This document shows, in pieces, positions 25,004 to 39,900 of a stretch of DNA of 64,000 nucleotides (its first letter is position 1; each line of letters starts with the position of its first letter). Origin of the DNA: Malacoraja senta (lineage: Eukaryota); the NCBI GenBank assembly GCA_038087875.1, contig CM075994.1, positions 8,744,001 through 8,808,000 on the forward strand. Direction: 5' to 3'. Both the position numbers and the translations under genes were made by a program. The notes beneath the pieces are model-generated. The model was not told the DNA's origin and did no database searches. It worked only from the letters and a program-made list of their open reading frames with translations.

Positions 25004-28000
25004 TGACTGTACATTCTCCATGACCAGTGTGGGTTTGCTCAGAGATCTCCGGTTTCCTCGCACACTCCAAAGGTGCACAGGTGTGTAGGTTAATTGGCTT
25101 AGTATAACTGTGAGGTCAAGGAAAGAGCGTTCACGTCACGGCTCTGTTTCCACCAATCTTTCCACCACCACGCACAAGAAGCGCAAGACGGACACCATTG
25201 TATGCAGATGCCGAGAAGTGTGTTCAGCTCTGGCTGAACAACTTCTAATCTTGTGTGTGGACTCGATAAGAAGTATCATTGTAAATTGTCCCCAGTGTGC
25301 AGGATAGTGCAAGTGTGCGGGGATCGCTGGTCGGCGTGGGCTCAGTGGGCCGAAGGGCCCCGTTTCTGCGCTGTATCTCTAAACGAAACTACGTGCAACT
25401 TGTTTCAGATGATTTTTTGTGCACCAGTGTACACATTGAGTAGATTACAGGCGACTAACACTGTTCGCTCGGTACATTGCAACAAGAAACGCAGCAAGCA
25501 GGTCATCAATTGAAACCAGTTAAAACGTCCGAAAATGGATATCACTTTCTGATCAAGTGCCAGAACTCAGCTGAAGCAGTATTTGTGGAAAAAGTAACCA
25601 TGAAAAAGAAACGTGATAGTAGCAGAATTAGGCCGTTCGGCCCATAACGTCTACTCCACCATTCAATCATGGCTGATCTATCTCTCCCTCCTAAACTCAT
25701 TCTCCTGCCTTCTACCCATAACCCAGAGCTTCTGTTTTGTCAGAGCATTTCAGTATTCTAGTACCTGAAAATCAGTATTTTGCTGAGGAAATCAGTATTT
25801 TTACATGGTGCCATTTTGCTGAAAAAAATGTTATTATTTATGTGCGGTCATACCCATGTACGAGTGCAAGAATGCATAACCTTGCTACTAATTGACATGT
25901 CTTCTACGCACCTTACTTCACCGTGCATTCATTTCCATCTCTTTGTATACTGCTGATTGAATGGCTGTTTTCTGCTTTTAGCACCAGATGATGATGATGT
26001 AGAAGCCATTTTGGAAGCCTCCCTCTCACTCACTCGCTCCCTCTTTCCTCTCTTCCCCCCTCCCTCCATTCGTCTCTCCACCCCCCCCTCCCTCTTTCTC
26101 TCTTCCTTCCTTTTTTTCTCCCTCCCTCTTATTCCCTCCCTCCCTTCCTCATTCATTCTCCCGCTCTCCATCCCCCTCTCTCTCCTTCTCCCTCCTGTCT
26201 CCATCCTCTCCCTCTCTTCCTTTCACCCCCTTGAGCCCACCCACCGTTCTGTAAAATCAAGGCCAATCCCAATGTAACTGCAATCTCACTGGTAACCTTT
26301 CACCACTAGGCTTATCCAGAATTCTACCACTGCCTAAAAAATAATCAAAGGCTCAACTTCCACTGAGAAAGAGAATTCCAAAGACCCATTGTTATACGAG
26401 AATTTTCCTGAACAGTCTGTGACCCATAGCGCTTTGTTTAAAGCCCATAGCGCTCCAACCAGTAGTAATATATTTATAACCCACAGCGCTTCGTTTAAAT
26501 TTGCGTTAAACAGAACGTGTTAAACTTACAGCGGGACAGGCAGCAACTGTGGAGAGAAGGAATGGGTGGCGTTTCTGGTCAAGACCTGCTTCAGACTGAA
26601 CTGAACTCCGTATTTAAGATCCGTATTTAACAACACAAAATCGTACATCAGCATTCTAATCGCATTTCCGCACAAAATAGGGAATATCCGTACTACTTGG
26701 CAGCTCTGCATAACCTGACAACCATACTAATCAAGAATTTATCTATCTCTGCCTTAAATATATCTAAGGCCTTCTGTGGTTGAGAATTCCACAGATTCAC
26801 CACTCTCTGACTAAAGAAATTCATCCTCATCTCCTTCCTAAACCAGTTAACATTTCACATCAAGAACTGGAAGAAACATAGAAAATAGGTGCAGGAGTAG
26901 GCCATTTGGCCATTCGAGCCAATATGATCATGGCTGATCATCCACAATCAGTACCCTGTTCCCGCCTTCTCCCAATATCCCTCAAATCTGTTAGCCCTTA
27001 AGAGCTATATCTAACCCTCTCTTGAATACATCCAATGAATTGGCCTCCACTGCCTTCTGTGACAGAGAATTCCACAGATTCACAACTCTCTGGCTGAAAA
27101 TATCTTTCCTCATCTCAGTCCCAAATGGCCTACCCCTTATTCTTAAACTGTGGCCCCTGGTTCTGGATTCCCCCAACATGGGGAACATTCTTCCTGCAAC
27201 TAGCCTGTCCAATCCCTTAACAATTTTATATGTTTCCGTAAGATTCCCTCTCAATCTTCTAAATTCCAGTGAATACAAGCCCATTCTTTCATCATATGTC
27301 AGTCCCGCCATCCCGGGAATTAACCTGGTGAACCTAAGTTAGTAAGTATGTAAGTTTATTGGCCAAGTATTCACATACAAGGAATTTGCCTTGGTGCTCC
27401 GCCCACAAATAACAACATGACATAGTGACAGTTACGAAAACACTAAACATTAATAATAATAAAAGATTAATGATAAAACACCATTGATCAAGCATGTGAA
27501 CCAATAAAATACCAGAACAAAGGGAGGCTACAGATTTTTGGCTGTTGAGTAGAGCAACTACTCGTGGATAAAAATGATTTTTATGTCTGGCTGTGGCAGC
27601 TTTGACAGTCCGAAGTCGCCTTCCAGAGGGAAGTGATTCAATGAGTTTGTGGCCAGGGTGAGAAGGGTCAGAGATGATCTTACCCACTCGCTTCCTAACG
27701 TACGCTGCACTCCCTCAATAGCAAGAATGTCCTTGCTCAAATTAGGAGACGAAAAATGCACACAATTTGCAGGTGTGGTCTCACCAGGGCCCTGTACAAC
27801 TGCAGTAGGACCTCCTTGCTCCTATACTCAAATCCTCTCGCGATGAAGGCCAACCTGCCATTAGCTTTGAGGGTAGACAAAAATGCTGGGGAAACTCAGC
27901 GGGTGAGGCAGCATCTATGGAGCGAAGGAAATAGGCAACGTTTCGGGTCGAGACCCTTCTTCAGACTTACATTAATTTTGAGGGAATGAGGGATGATTTA

Positions 28001-28343
28001 CAGTTTTTTTTGCTCTCCATCAGAGAATTCACACAGCTACGTATCAAGTCTTTCCCATTTGAGACATCACCTATCTAGGGCAACCTGCTGACAACATGCC
28101 ACGTTGGAAGCAGGTCTCAGAGAAGCGTTCTTTATTGCAATCAGCCAGAAGAGTCTATTTATAAGCAAACAGCCTCTTACTGACGGCAGTAAACTGAAGC
28201 CTTGACTGAGGTCACTGCACCATATTCAGATAAAAGTGGGGCAATTTCACCTGAAGATCCAATGTATGCATTATATCTATTAGATAGAAATTGCACCGGC
28301 CTTGATAGAAATTGCACATATAAAATGACCTGTAAAATAAATA

Positions 28344-28649
28344 CTCCCCCGTTGGATTGCAACCTTGTCGTGGTCGGGGAGCTGGTGTGTCTCAGTGACC
28401 CCTGGAGCTATGCCAGCGGGAGATTTGTCTCCTGTTAGGGTCTCCCATGCTGGACAGGTCGAAGGGTAGAGGCTAGACGAAGAGCTATCCTCCACTGGTC
28501 CTCCAGGTTGGAGGTTGAGCACAGGGCTAACAACCCTGTCTCGTAAAACAAATATGTTATGGAAACAGCAACTGAAGGAATCAACACTACTGAGTGGAGG
28601 ACCTTCGTTGCTGCCCTACATGCCAGGAGGCATAATAGGCAGTAAGTAA
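28344..28649 (+). mobile_element. Non-autonomous bipartite RTE-derived element
   Basis: RTE-like 5' UTR, (AGTA)n tail, 12-bp TSD gtaaaataaata. Confidence 0.65.
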
Positions 28650-28734
28650 GTAAAATAAATAGCGAGTTAGGGGAATTATCCAACTACGTGCACACAGGAT
28701 AGTACTCGAGATTAAAATCGAGATGTAAATGAGT

Positions 28735-29027
28735 GTGGGCTGTGGAGTCCTGGGAGAGCCTTGCAGCTGACCGCACGAGGTGGAGAGGTACCCTGAACCA
28801 ACGTCTCAAAACGGGGGAAGAGAAACTGTTGAACGCAGCAGCAGAAAGGAGTGCAGCAACTTCAACAGACCAGAGACCACACACAAATGTGACCTTTGCC
28901 ACAGAGACTGTCACTCCCGCATTGGTCTCTTCAGCCACAAGGGACGCTGCTCCAGCCGGGGTTTGGAGCAAGCAGCCAACTACTAGGATGCATCACCCAT
29001 GGTCAGCTATGACCGAGGGGGCCTACA
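28735..29027 (+). mobile_element. RTE-clade LINE 3' end
   Basis: WESLAADRTRWR and CDLCHRDCHSRIGLFSH zinc-finger-like terminus. Confidence 0.75.
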
Positions 29028-29582
29028 AATGGGCTGTGTTACTGGGGACACTTGCTATCTTATACTTAAACCCAAAACTAAACTTAACAGAAGTTTCTCC
29101 GGGCACATCGAGGGGGCAGCGGTGGAGGTTGATACGATAGCTGCATTTAAGAGGCATGCGGGGTATGGAGGGAAATGGACTCAGTGCAGACAGATAGGAG
29201 TTGAGCTGAAAGGGTTCAGAGAAGATTTACAAGGATGTTGCCAGGACTAGAGGGTGTGAGCTGTAGGGAGAGTTTGAGTAGGCTGGGTCTCTATTCCTTG
29301 GAGCGCAGGAGGTTGAGGGGTGCTCTTATAGAGGTGTACAAAATCATGAGAGGAATAGATCGGGTAGATGCACAGAGTCTCTTGCCCAGAGTAGGGGAAT
29401 CGAGGACCAGAGGACATAGGTTCAAGGTGAAGGGGAAAAGATTTAATAGGAATCTGAGGGGTAACGTTTTCACACAGAGGGTGGTGGGTGCATGGAACGA
29501 GCTGCCAGAGGAGGTAGTTGAGGCTGGGACTATCCCATCGTTTAAGAAACAATTGGACAGGTACATGGATACGACAGGGATA

Positions 29583-30090
29583 CTAGACCAAGTAGGACCC
29601 TTTCGCACGGGAGGCCTGGTCCCCCAACGCAATATTCGACCACTCACCCATAGCCCCCACCGGAGGCCTGGTCCCCCAATGCAACAGCGTTCCCCAACAC
29701 AATATTCCACCACTCACCCGTTCCCCCAACGCAATCTGCTCCCCCAACGCAATATTCCACCACTCACACCGTTCCCCCAACGCAATATTCCACCACGCAC
29801 GCATAGCCCACAATTGTGCAGAGCGGCTCATTTCCCCTTATTCACCCTCCCTCAATTTAAAAAAAAAAAAGCGATTGCACTCCAAGTGCCACCCGTTGGG
29901 TCCCTGTCACACGGGAGGACTGGTCCCTCAATTCAACCCGTTCCTCAACGCAATATTCCACCACTGACACATTCCCCCAACGCAATATTCCACCACGCAC
30001 CGATAGCTCCTAACTGTGCAGGGGGCTGCTCATTCCCCCTTATTCACCCTCCCTCATTTTAACTTTAATAAAAATGCAATTGCACTTGCT
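29583..30090 (-). repeat. Helitron-end-like sequence with cccccaacgcaatattccacc minisatellite (duplicate ~42949-43454)
   Basis: ctagaccaagt end shared with the Helitron; repeated ~32-bp units. Confidence 0.5.
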
Positions 30091-30908
30091 AGGGCTGCCA
30101 GGACTAGCGGGCAGGGGATATGGATCAAACGGATATGGCAGGTGGGACAAGTGTGGCTGGGACATGTTGGCCGGTGTGGGCAAAGTGGGCCAAAGGGCCT
30201 GTTACCACACTGGATCACTCTATGACTCCATGCATCTTCTATGTTCGTCAGATGCAACCATCCACACTGCGGTTCAAAGAGCTCTCAATGTGTTGTACTG
30301 GTCCACCACCAATTGTGCAGCAACTGGTGGTCTGACATCTCCTTTAACACGGACAAAATGCCGAGTGCACGAAAATGTGCCTCCTAGGCCGGGCAAGGCG
30401 GACGATCTCGACCTCATCGGGATTTCCGCGCCGATCGGCATGTTGTATTTGCCGCCTGCAGCCGAGGCTCTGGAACCCCAGCCCGGCCGGAGCTGGAAGA
30501 TCCCTTCCCATAGCCGACTTTGCGGGCCAGAATCTCAGCCCCTTGGCAGACTGTTCCAGCTACCGTCGGGACTCCTCTCAGAGGACGCGTCCACAAGTTG
30601 GTCTGACAGAACGGATAATCCAGAAGAAAGGCTCTGGAAGCAAAGATGCCGGGGAAGAGTGAAAAGCGTACTTCAAAAATAAATATTCCAGCGCCATTCT
30701 TTGGAAAGCGAACTGAAACCGTCACACACATGACCAAATGGCATCACAGAAAGTAATAGTAAGAGATTCATCTGACTCATTGCCATTTTCCAACCTACAG
30801 AACTATAACGCATGTCTGCTAAAGACATGAACATTCAAGCAGAATTTGCGAGATAAAACCGAGTTATGAGAAAAATGCTTCCGGGTGAGATCACACACGT
30901 GACCAGTC

Positions 30909-31640
30909 ATAGACAATAGGTGCAGGAGTAGGCCATTCGGCCCTTCGAGCCAGCACCGCCATTCACTGTGATCATGGCTGATCATCCACAATCAGTACCC
31001 CGTTCCTGCCTTTTCCCCATATCCCCTGACTCCGCTACATTTAAGAGCCCCATCCAGCTCTTTTGAAAGCATCCAGAGAACCAGACTCACAACTCTCTGT
31101 GAGAAAAAGTGTTTCCTCACCTCCGTTCTAAATGGCTTACCCCAATTCTTAAACTGTGGCTGCTGGTTCTGGACTCCCCCAACATCGGGAACACGTTTCC
31201 TGCCTCTAGCGTGTCCAAACCCTTAACAATCTTATGTTTCAATAAGATACCCTCTCATCCTTCTAAACTCCAAGTGTACAAGCCCAGCCGTTCCATTCTC
31301 TTAGCGTATGACAGTCCCGCCATCCCGGGAATTAACCTTGTAAACCTACGCTGCACTCCCTCAATAGCAAGAATATCCTTCCTCAAATTAGGGGACCAAA
31401 ACTGCACACAATACTCCAGGTGTGGTCTCACTAGGACTCTGTACAACTGCAGAAGGACCTCTTTGCTCCTATGCTCGACTCCTCTTGTTATAAAGTCCAA
31501 CATGCCATTCGCCTTCTTCACTGCCTGCTGTACCTGCATGCTTACTTTCATAGACTGATGAACAAGGACCCCCAGATCACGTTGTACTTCCCCTTTTCCC
31601 AACGTCGCCATTTAGATAGTAATCTGCCTTCCTGTTTTTG
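30909..31640 (-). mobile_element. CR1 LINE 3' fragment (duplicate ~44273-45005)
   Basis: [19 protein letters not shown] motif. Confidence 0.88.
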
Positions 31641-32153
31641 CTACCAAAGTGGCTTTGACATCGGGAGAAGAATGGAGAGCAGGGGAGAGACAAGACTTTG
31701 CCTTCCATCACAGTGAGGAGGAGATTCACTGTGATGGATGTTTGTGTGAACTGTGTTGGTTGTATGTCTTGTTAATTGTTTCTTTTTGTTGTATGACTGC
31801 AGAAACCAAATTTCGTTGAACTTCATTTGAGGTTCAAATGACAATGAATTAAATTGTAATTGTAACCTCACATTTATCTGCCCATTAAACTTCATCTGCC
31901 AATGCATCTGCCCACTCCCCCAACCTGTCCAAGTCACCCTGCATTCTCACAGCACCCTCCTCACAGTTCACACTGCCACCCAGTAAATTTCCCTAAAATT
32001 ACCCGAAGGCAACCAGAATTTCCCAAATTTCGGGTAACTTCCTTCAAAGTGGAAACACTGAAGAGATGTATTCCACAATTTTTTTCATATTTTTGGCCAC
32101 GCACGTGACCAAGAATTGGGGGCCATCACCGACGACTCAATCACAAGGCTTAC

Positions 32154-32326
32154 CTGCTGCTGCCTTTGAAACCTGGGCGGCAACGACTTCTGGTACTTGG
32201 AGTAACCCTGCGAAGTCTGCGGCGGCCTCCCCTGCACTATCACCTCTACTTTTGACTCGACTCTTGCCACCCCCGTCTCCTCTTTCACTTCAACCGTCTC
32301 CTTTTCAGGAGGAGGTGGAGGTTCAG
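32154..32326 (-). CDS. PRRC2A: PRRC2A KYQKSLPPRF exon, left duplicate copy
   Basis: Same sequence as 45519-45691; one copy is probably an assembly artefact. Confidence 0.8.
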
Positions 32327-33484
32327 CTGGAGAGAAACAAAAAAAAGATTCAATAAATAGAGTCATCTGCATTTAATCGAACCTCCCGTGCTTATCATTT
32401 CCAGTCTAACCAGGCAAGTCCCCAAGTTGACGTGCAAGTTTTGCACATTGACGTGACTGCACAGGTGGGGGGGGGGGGGGGGGGGGGGGGGGAAAGGAAC
32501 TGCAGATGCTGGTTTAAACCGTAGACACAAAACCGAAGATAGACATAATGATAAGGCTGAATGATGTTTAATATAAATATGTATTAAATATCATTCAGCC
32601 TTACCATTCCCTCCTTTAAAAAAAAAATCAGTTTTGATAACAATTACAGTGCTTGCCGAGTACATAAGAAAGACCATAAACCTCTCAACAGACAAATTAA
32701 TAGTACAACTAGTAATACAATCAATCCATAGTGGACAATAGTTCCCTAAGACGTTCCAAACATATTAAAAGGCCACCAACGTCTGATAAGGCTGAATGAT
32801 ATTTAATATATACTAGACCAAGTGCAGACCCGTTGGGTCTGTTTCCCCAACGCGCGTTTGCAGAGGGGGGCTGAGGCGTCGCACTAACCATCCCTCGTTG
32901 GGTCTGTTCCTCCAAAGCACGGTGCGGGGTGGGAATCTGGCACCTACAAACACACACACTCATCACACCCCCTTGATATTATCTTAATTATATTAATTGG
33001 CTTCTTTTATCCCATCTCCACCCTATCCACTGACGAATAGCCCTCACCTCTCAGGTGCGTCTAGAGGGGGGGGGGGGCAGAGAGAGTGTGCACAGACAGA
33101 GTGGAAGAGAGAGAGAGAGGGCAGAGAAAAAGATAAAGATCAAAGAGAGAGAGCAGAGAGGGGGTAGAGGGGGAAGAGTGTGGATGGAGGGGGAAGAGTG
33201 GGGAGGGAAGGTGGGTGGGGGAGGGAAGGTGGTGCGGGAGAGAGGGAAGGGGTGGGGGAGGGAAGGAGGGAGAGGGAAGGGGGTGGTGGAGAGAGGGATG
33301 GGGTGGGAGGAGGAGGGGGAGGAGAGGGAGAGGGTGAGGAAAGAGGGATGGCGAGAGAGGGATGGGGTAGAGGTGTGGGGGAGGGGGGGAGAGGTGTGGG
33401 GGAGGGAGGGAGATGGGGTAGGTGAGGGAGGGGAAGAATGTGGAGGGAGGGGGGAGAGGTGTGGGGGGGAGAGAGGGGAAATAG

Positions 33485-33684
33485 NNNNNNNNNNNNNNNN
33501 NNNNNNNNNNNNNNNNNNNNNNNNNNNNNNNNNNNNNNNNNNNNNNNNNNNNNNNNNNNNNNNNNNNNNNNNNNNNNNNNNNNNNNNNNNNNNNNNNNNN
33601 NNNNNNNNNNNNNNNNNNNNNNNNNNNNNNNNNNNNNNNNNNNNNNNNNNNNNNNNNNNNNNNNNNNNNNNNNNNNNNNNNNNN
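33485..33684. other. Assembly gap (200 N)
   Basis: Run of N. Confidence 1.
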
Positions 33685-36520
33685 CAGATTTTACACATGG
33701 ACCTGTTCATTTTCAATAATAAATGAATAATGTGTTACATAGAAACATAGAAAACAGGTGCAGGAGGCCATTCGGCCCTTCGAGCCAGCACCGCCATTCA
33801 TTGTGATCATGGCTGATCGTCCTCAATCAATAACCCGTGCCTGTCTTCTCCCCATCTCCCTTGATTCCACTAGCCCCTAGAGCTCTATCTAACTCCCTCT
33901 TAAATCCATCCAGTGATTTGGCCTCCACTGCCCTCTGTAGCAGGGAATTTCACAAATTCACAACTCTGGGTGAAAACGTTTTTTCTCACCTCAGTCTTAA
34001 ATTACCTCCCCTTTATTCTAAGACTGTGGCCCCTGGTTCTGGACTCGCCCAACATTGGGAACATTTTTCCTGCATCTAGCTTGTCCAGTCCTTTTATAAT
34101 TTTATACGTTTCTATAAGATCCCCTGACTGAAAAAAATATATTGAAGGTTCCTTTAACTCATTTTCTCTCTGAATTTTATCACTGTCAATTTCCACAATA
34201 ATAATGTTGCTACCTTTAAAGAAAAAGAGTAACTCAGCAGGTCAGAGCTTCCCTGGAGAACATTACGTATAAACATAGAAAATAGGTGCAGGAGTAGGCC
34301 ATTCGGCCCTTCGAGCCTGCACCACCATTCAATATGATCATGGCTGATCATCCAACTCAGTATCCCATACCTGCATTCTCTCCATACCCCCTGATCCCCT
34401 TACCCACAAGGGCCACATCTAACTCCCTCTTAAATATAGCCAATGAACTGGCCTCAACTACCTTCTGTGGCAGAGAATTCCACAGATTCACCACTCTCTG
34501 TGTGAAAAATGTTTTTCTCATCTCGGTTCTAAAAGACTTCCCCCTTATCCTTAAACTGTGACCCCTTGTTCTGGACTTCCCCAACATTGGGAACAATCTT
34601 CCTGCATCTAGCATGTCCCAACCCCTTAAGAATTTTGTAAGTTTCTATAAGATCCCCCCTCAATCTTCTAAATTCTAGCGAGTACAAGCCGAGTCTATCC
34701 AGTCTAACATTGTTAAGTCACGTTTCAGGACGGAAGCCTACTGACAAGTCCCGACCCAAAATGTCATCTATCCATCTTCTCCAGAGATGTTGCCTGACCT
34801 ACTGAGTTATTCCAGCACTTGGAGTCTTTTATTCATAATCAAGGTGGTTGTTTGTTTTTACATGTTGCTCCCCATCCCCTTTTGTTACTAAAGCAGGCTA
34901 TTCTGGCAAATGGACTTAAACTGGAACTCATTGCCACAGAAGGCTGTGGAGGCCAAGTCACTGGATAATTTTAAGACAGAGATAGATAAGATTCTTGTTT
35001 AAAAAAGAACTGCAGATGCTGGAAAAATTGAAGGTAGACAAAAATGCTGGAGAGATTCAGCGGGTGAGGCAGCATCAATAGAGGGAAGGAATAGGTGACG
35101 TTTTGGGTCGAGACCCCTCTTCAGACTGACGAGGAGGTGGGGGGTGGGGGGGGGGGCGGCTGGAAGAAGAAAGGAAGAGGAGGAGACACTGGGCTGTGGG
35201 AGAGCTGGGAAGGGGAAGGGAAGGAGGGAGAAAGCAAGGACTACCTGAAATTGGAGAAGTCAATGATCATACCGCTGGGGTGTAAACTGCCCAAGCGAAA
35301 TATGAGGTGCTGCTCCTCCAATTTGCGGTGGGATTCACTCTGGCCATGCAGGAGGCCCAGGACAGAAAGGTCGGATTGGGAATGGGAAGGGGAGTTGAAG
35401 TGTTGAGCCACCGGGAGATCAGGTTGGTTAGTGCGAACCGACCGGAGGTGTTGGGTGAAGCGATCGCCAAGCCTGCGCTTGGTCTCACCGATGTAGAGCA
35501 GCTGATACCTGGAGCAGCGAATGCAATAGATGAGGCTGGAGGAGGTGCAGGTGAACCTCTGCCTCACCTAGAAAGACTGCTTGGGTCCTTGGATGGAGTC
35601 AAGGTGGCAGGTAAAGCGACAAGTGTAGCGTTTCCTGCGGTTGCGAGGGAAAGTACCGGGGGGGGGGGGGTGGTGGTTTGGGTGGGAAGGGACGAATTAA
35701 CCAGGGAATTACGGAGGGAGCGGTCTCTGTGGAACGCCGAAAAGGGGAGGAGATGGCAAGATGTGATAAGATTCTTGGTTATTACGGTGTCAGGGGTTAT
35801 GGGGAGAAGGCAGGATTGTCAGATTGAGAGGGAAAGATAGATCAGCCATGATTGAATGGCAGAGTAGACACGATGGACGAAAAATCAGAATTTTTACCAA
35901 GCCAATTAACCTACACGCCTTGATTAGTCAGGGTGTCAGCGGTAATGGGGAGAAGGCAGGATAGTGGGATTGAGAGGGAAAGATAGATCAGCCATGATTG
36001 AACGGCGGAGTAGACTTGATGGAACAAATGGCCTAATTCTGCTCCTATGACTGGTGGACTGATAGAGTCCTGCACTTGTTAAAGGTAGAGGGGAGCGAGT
36101 GTTTTTTTTTACCAAAGATCCTATAGCGGAGCAAGATAGACCACTCCTGCTAAATGCAATGGGCTGACGCGTAGTACGCAACGGAGCGGAACGCGGGCCT
36201 TTTTTTCATCCATTTCAGTAACCGACCCGACTTTGGGTATCCCTCTCGCAGTGTAATCAACGTTGTGTGGGGGGGGGGACAGTTTGTGTTAATAAATTAA
36301 AATTCTGAAAATGAGAAGATTTTTACCAAAGAACTTTGATTTTTACCAGGATGTTTCCCGTAACCGGCTTCCGTCTCCGCACTAGTATCTTTGGTGCGGA
36401 GACGGAAGCCGGTTACGGAAATGGGGCCGAAAATTACTCATGAATCTGCCCATGACCGTGCTACATCTTTTTCGTCGAGTTGTCTATCTTGCTCGCTATA
36501 TATAGGATCTTTGGTTTTTA

Positions 36521-36952
<432 letters not shown>

Positions 36953-39900
36953 TTACCATTGATGTATAACCGCTTTTTAAAAGAAAACCCTTTGTAACGT
37001 GCAATGGAACGTCCAATTTTTCCTCTCCAGCTTCCAAAAGGAGGCGGCTGAAATTCCTCAAGCAAACTACCTACACTGACCCCTGCAGGTTAGAGCAGGG
37101 GTGGGGAACCTTTTCATGGTGGAAGGCTGCATTAAGTTAGCTGTGATCTAATAAGGCCTCATCCTAGAAACTTCAATTAGATATACTTCAAAATGTACAT
37201 TATCTTGTTAAAATAGCCCTCATGACTTACTAATGTTTTAATTGTGGCCGTCAGTCGGGGAGGATTATTTTGTTGAATCGTCTTTTACTCTTTGGTATTT
37301 TAAATACTTTCATTTTAAGATTAAAATAAAAATAATAAAAGATGAACAAAAACATATTAATAATAATAAAAAGATTTGTTCTCCAAAATTTGGATTCATT
37401 CAAAAGGCCGCACTTAATGGCTTAGAAGGCCGCATGTGGCCGTTAGGCCGCAGGTTCCCCACCCCTGGGTTAGAATCTTAGTTTAGTTCAGAGATGCAGC
37501 GTGGAAATAGGCCCTACAGCCCACCGAGTAAACCGAAGATCTCTTGAAGAAAACCCACACAGGTCACGGGGAGAACGTAAAACTCCGTACAGACAGGCAT
37601 CCATAGTCAGGATCGAACCAGGGTCTCTGGCACTGTGAGGCAGTAGCTCGACCGCTGTGCGACCAAGTTGTCCAATTGAATAAAAGTATTCCTCCGTCGC
37701 TACCCTCTGCCTCCTGTCACCAAGCCAGTTTTAGAGGCGGTATGGTGGCGCAGCGGTCTTACAGCGCCAGAGAACTGGGTTCGATCCTGACAACGGGTGC
37801 TTGTCTCAGCCACCAAGCACGACATCCGGAGGCTGCAGCGCATCGTCCGATCAGCTGAGAAGGCTGTTGGCTGCAACCTTCCCTCCATTGACGAACTGTA
37901 CACTGCAAGGGCCAGGAAGCGAGCGGGTAAGATCATCTCTGACCCCTCTCACCCTGGCCACAAACTCTTTGAATCACTTCCCTCTGGAAGGCGACTCCGG
38001 ACTGTCAAAGCTGCCACAGCTTGACATAAAAACAGCTTTTTTCCACAAGTAGTAGCTCTACTCAATAACCAAAAATCTGTAGCCTCGTTTTGTTCTAGTA
38101 TTATATTTAATTCACATGTTTAATCAATAATGTTTTATTATTAATGTTTAATGTTTTATGTGTCATTCCTAACTGTCACTGTATGTCGATGTCACTTGTG
38201 GGCGGAGCACCAAGGCAAATTCCTTGTATGTGAATACTTGGCCAAAAAACATATTCATTCATTCATTCATTGACTGTACATTCTCCATGACCAGTGTGGG
38301 TTTGCTCAGAGATCTCCGGTTTCCTCGCACACTCCAAAGGTGCACAGGTGTGTAGGTTAATTGGCTTAGTATAACTGTGAGGTCAAGGAAAGAGCGTTCA
38401 CGTCACGGCTCTGTTTCCACCAATCTTTCCACCACCACGCACAAGAAGCGCAAGACGGACACCATTGTATGCAGATGCCGAGAAGTGTGTTCAGCTCTGG
38501 CTGAACAACTTCTAATCTTGTGTGTGGACTCGATAAGAAGTATCATTGTAAATTGTCCCCAGTGTGCAGGATAGTGCAAGTGTGCGGGGATCGCTGGTCG
38601 GCGTGGGCTCAGTGGGCCGAAGGGCCCCGTTTCTGCGCTGTATCTCTAAACGAAACTACGTGCAACTTGTTTCAGATGATTTTTTGTGCACCAGTGTACA
38701 CATTGAGTAGATTACAGGCGACTAACACTGTTCGCTCGGTACATTGCAACAAGAAACGCAGCAAGCAGGTCATCAAATTGAAACCAGTTAAAACGTCCGA
38801 AAATGGATATCACTTTCTGATCAAGTGCCAGAACTCAGCTGAAGCAGTATTTGTGGAAAAAGTAACCATGAAAAAGAAACGTGATAGTAGCAGAATTAGG
38901 CCGTTCGGCCCATAACGTCTACTCCACCATTCAATCATGGCTGATCTATCTCTCCCTCCTAAACTCATTCTCCTGCCTTCTCCCCATAACCCAGAGCTTC
39001 TGTTTTGTCAGAGCATTTCAGTATTCTAGTACCTGAAAATCAGTATTTTGCTGAGGAAATCAGTATTTTTACATGGTGCCATTTTGCTGAAAAAAATGTT
39101 ATTATTTATGTGCGGTCATACCCATGTACGAGTGCAAGAATGCATAACCTTGCTACTAATTGACATGTCTTCTACGCACCTTACTTCACCGTGCATTCAT
39201 TTCCATCTCTTTGTATACTGCTGATTGAATGGCTGTTTTCTGCTTTTAGCACCAGATGATGATGATGTAGAAGCCATTTTGGAAGCCTCCCTCTCACTCA
39301 CTCGCTCCCTCTTTCCTCTCTTCCCCCCTCCCTCCATTCGTCTCTCCACCCCCCCCTCCCTCTTTCTCTCTTCCTTCCTTTTTTCTCCCTCCCTCTTATT
39401 CCCTCCTCCCTTCCTCATTCATTCTCCCGCTCTCCATCCCCTTTCTCCTTCTCCCTCCTGTCTCCATCCTCTCCCTCTCTTCCTTTCTCCCCCTTGAGCC
39501 CACCCACCGTTCTGTAAAATCAAGGCCAATCCCAATGTAACTGCAATCTCACTGGTAACCTTTCACCACTAGGCTTATCCAGAATTCTACACTGCCTAAA
39601 AAATAATCAAAGGCTCAACTTCCACTGAGAAAGAGAATTCCAAAGACCCATTGTTATACGAGAATTTTCCTGAACAGTCCCGTGACCCATAGCGCTTTGT
39701 TTAAAGCCCATAGCGGCTCCAACCAGTAGTAATATATTTATAACCCACAGCGCTTCGTTTAAATTTGCGTTAAACAGAACGTGTTAAACTTACAGCGGAC
39801 AGGCAGCAACTGGGGAGAGAAGGAATGGGTGGCGTTTCTGGTCAAGACCCTGCTTCAGACTGAACTGAACTCCGTATTTAAGATCCGTATTTAACAACAC

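Noticed and set aside
33051..33726. Pro-rich and Gly/Glu/Arg-rich ORFs
   Set aside because: Low-complexity GA tract read through the N gap
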